32,000 nt of DNA, from contig CAYMBN010000002.1 in NCBI GenBank assembly GCA_964388715.1, positions 31,441-63,440 on the forward strand, read 5' to 3'. A model generated the notes under the pieces. That model saw only the letters and a list, made by a program, of their open reading frames with translations. It ran no database searches and had not been told where the DNA came from. This document shows positions 31,615 to 32,000 of the stretch, one piece after another; the stretch's first letter is position 1; each line of letters starts with the position of its first letter. A program made the translations under genes and the position numbers. Origin of the DNA: an uncultured Methanosarcinales archaeon (GTDB lineage Archaea > Nanobdellota > Nanobdellia > Woesearchaeales > CAYMBN01).

Positions 31615-32000
31615 ATGAATAAGTTTAATCCTATAAAAGATTTTGTTAATCAAAATTTTAAACATTTTAATGCAGCTGCTTTGAAAGATGCTGCTAAAGC
31701 TTATGTTGAGCATTTGAAAAAAGGTGGTAAGATGTTACTTGCTATGGCTGGTGCAATGAGTACTGCTGAGATTGGTATAACTTTAGCAGAGATGATAAGG
31801 AAAAATAAGATTCACGCTATTAGTTGTACTGGTGCAAACATGGAGGAGGATATTTTTAATCTAGTTGCACACAAATCTTATGTAAGAATACCCCATTATC
31901 GTGATTTAAGTCCAGAAGATGAAGCTAATTTGTTAAGTAAGCATCTTAATAGGGTTACTGATACATGTATTCCTGAAGAAGAAGCAATGAGAAAGATTGA
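31615..32000 (+). CDS. dys: deoxyhypusine synthase family protein (3' end cut by window edge)
   Basis: My own translation: MNKFNPIKDFVNQNFKHFNAAALKDAAKAYVEHLKKGGKMLLAMAGAMSTAEIGITLAEMIRKNKIHAISCTGANMEEDIFNL... The AGAMSTAE and TGAN.EED blocks are DHS-like. GGGAGG lies upstream. Confidence 0.8.
   Translation, partial: MNKFNPIKDFVNQNFKHFNAAALKDAAKAYVEHLKKGGKMLLAMAGAMSTAEIGITLAEMIRKNKIHAISCTGANMEEDIFNLVAHKSYVRIPHYRDLSPEDEANLLSKHLNRVTDTCIPEEEAMRKI

Noticed and set aside
1-32000. CRISPR arrays, IS elements or transposases, integrases, rRNA genes, prophage or defence islands.
   Set aside because: No direct-repeat/spacer periodicity was seen. No ORF has transposase, integrase or Cas-like motifs. 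The window is almost entirely conserved housekeeping genes.

Overview
This is a visibly AT-rich, tightly packed archaeal chromosome segment. Many genes overlap by 4 nt (ATGA), and most first genes carry a TATA box 23-25 nt upstream of the ATG. It is almost entirely core information-processing genes, and the compaction and gene set suggest a small-genome (DPANN-like) archaeon; that assignment is inference only. The window holds the S13-S4-S11-RpoD-tRNA(Leu)-L18e-L13-S9-RpoN cluster and an eL43-RpoP-Pcc1-prefoldin beta-UPF0147 chain. It also holds aEF-1beta plus a Zn-ribbon gene, LeuRS, NAD kinase and FEN1. tRNA maturation genes are unusually concentrated: RtcA, Trm1, RNase Z, EndA and Trm5. Metabolic genes include AMP-forming ACS next to a split ADP-forming ACD, an NSS transporter, HtpX, and a SpeH-like/agmatinase/deoxyhypusine synthase cluster. 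All three tRNA genes are interrupted: Trp(CCA) by a 70-nt intron, Leu(GAG) by about 18 nt, and Pro(UGG) by two introns, one of them in the T-loop. Four things stand out. (1) Two diverged copies of a 124-144 nt hairpin-forming element lie at exactly the same offset upstream of the rnz and endA start codons. (2) A secreted protein with a PGF-CTERM-like tail is translationally coupled to a minimal 157-aa archaeosortase-like protein. (3) The tRNA-Trp intron has box C/D-like motifs and is complementary to the anticodon arm. (4) The pyruvoyl-enzyme/agmatinase/DHS cluster is a possible agmatine-based route. I saw no CRISPR array, transposase or rRNA. All calls come from reading the sequence and ORF track; no database searches were run.
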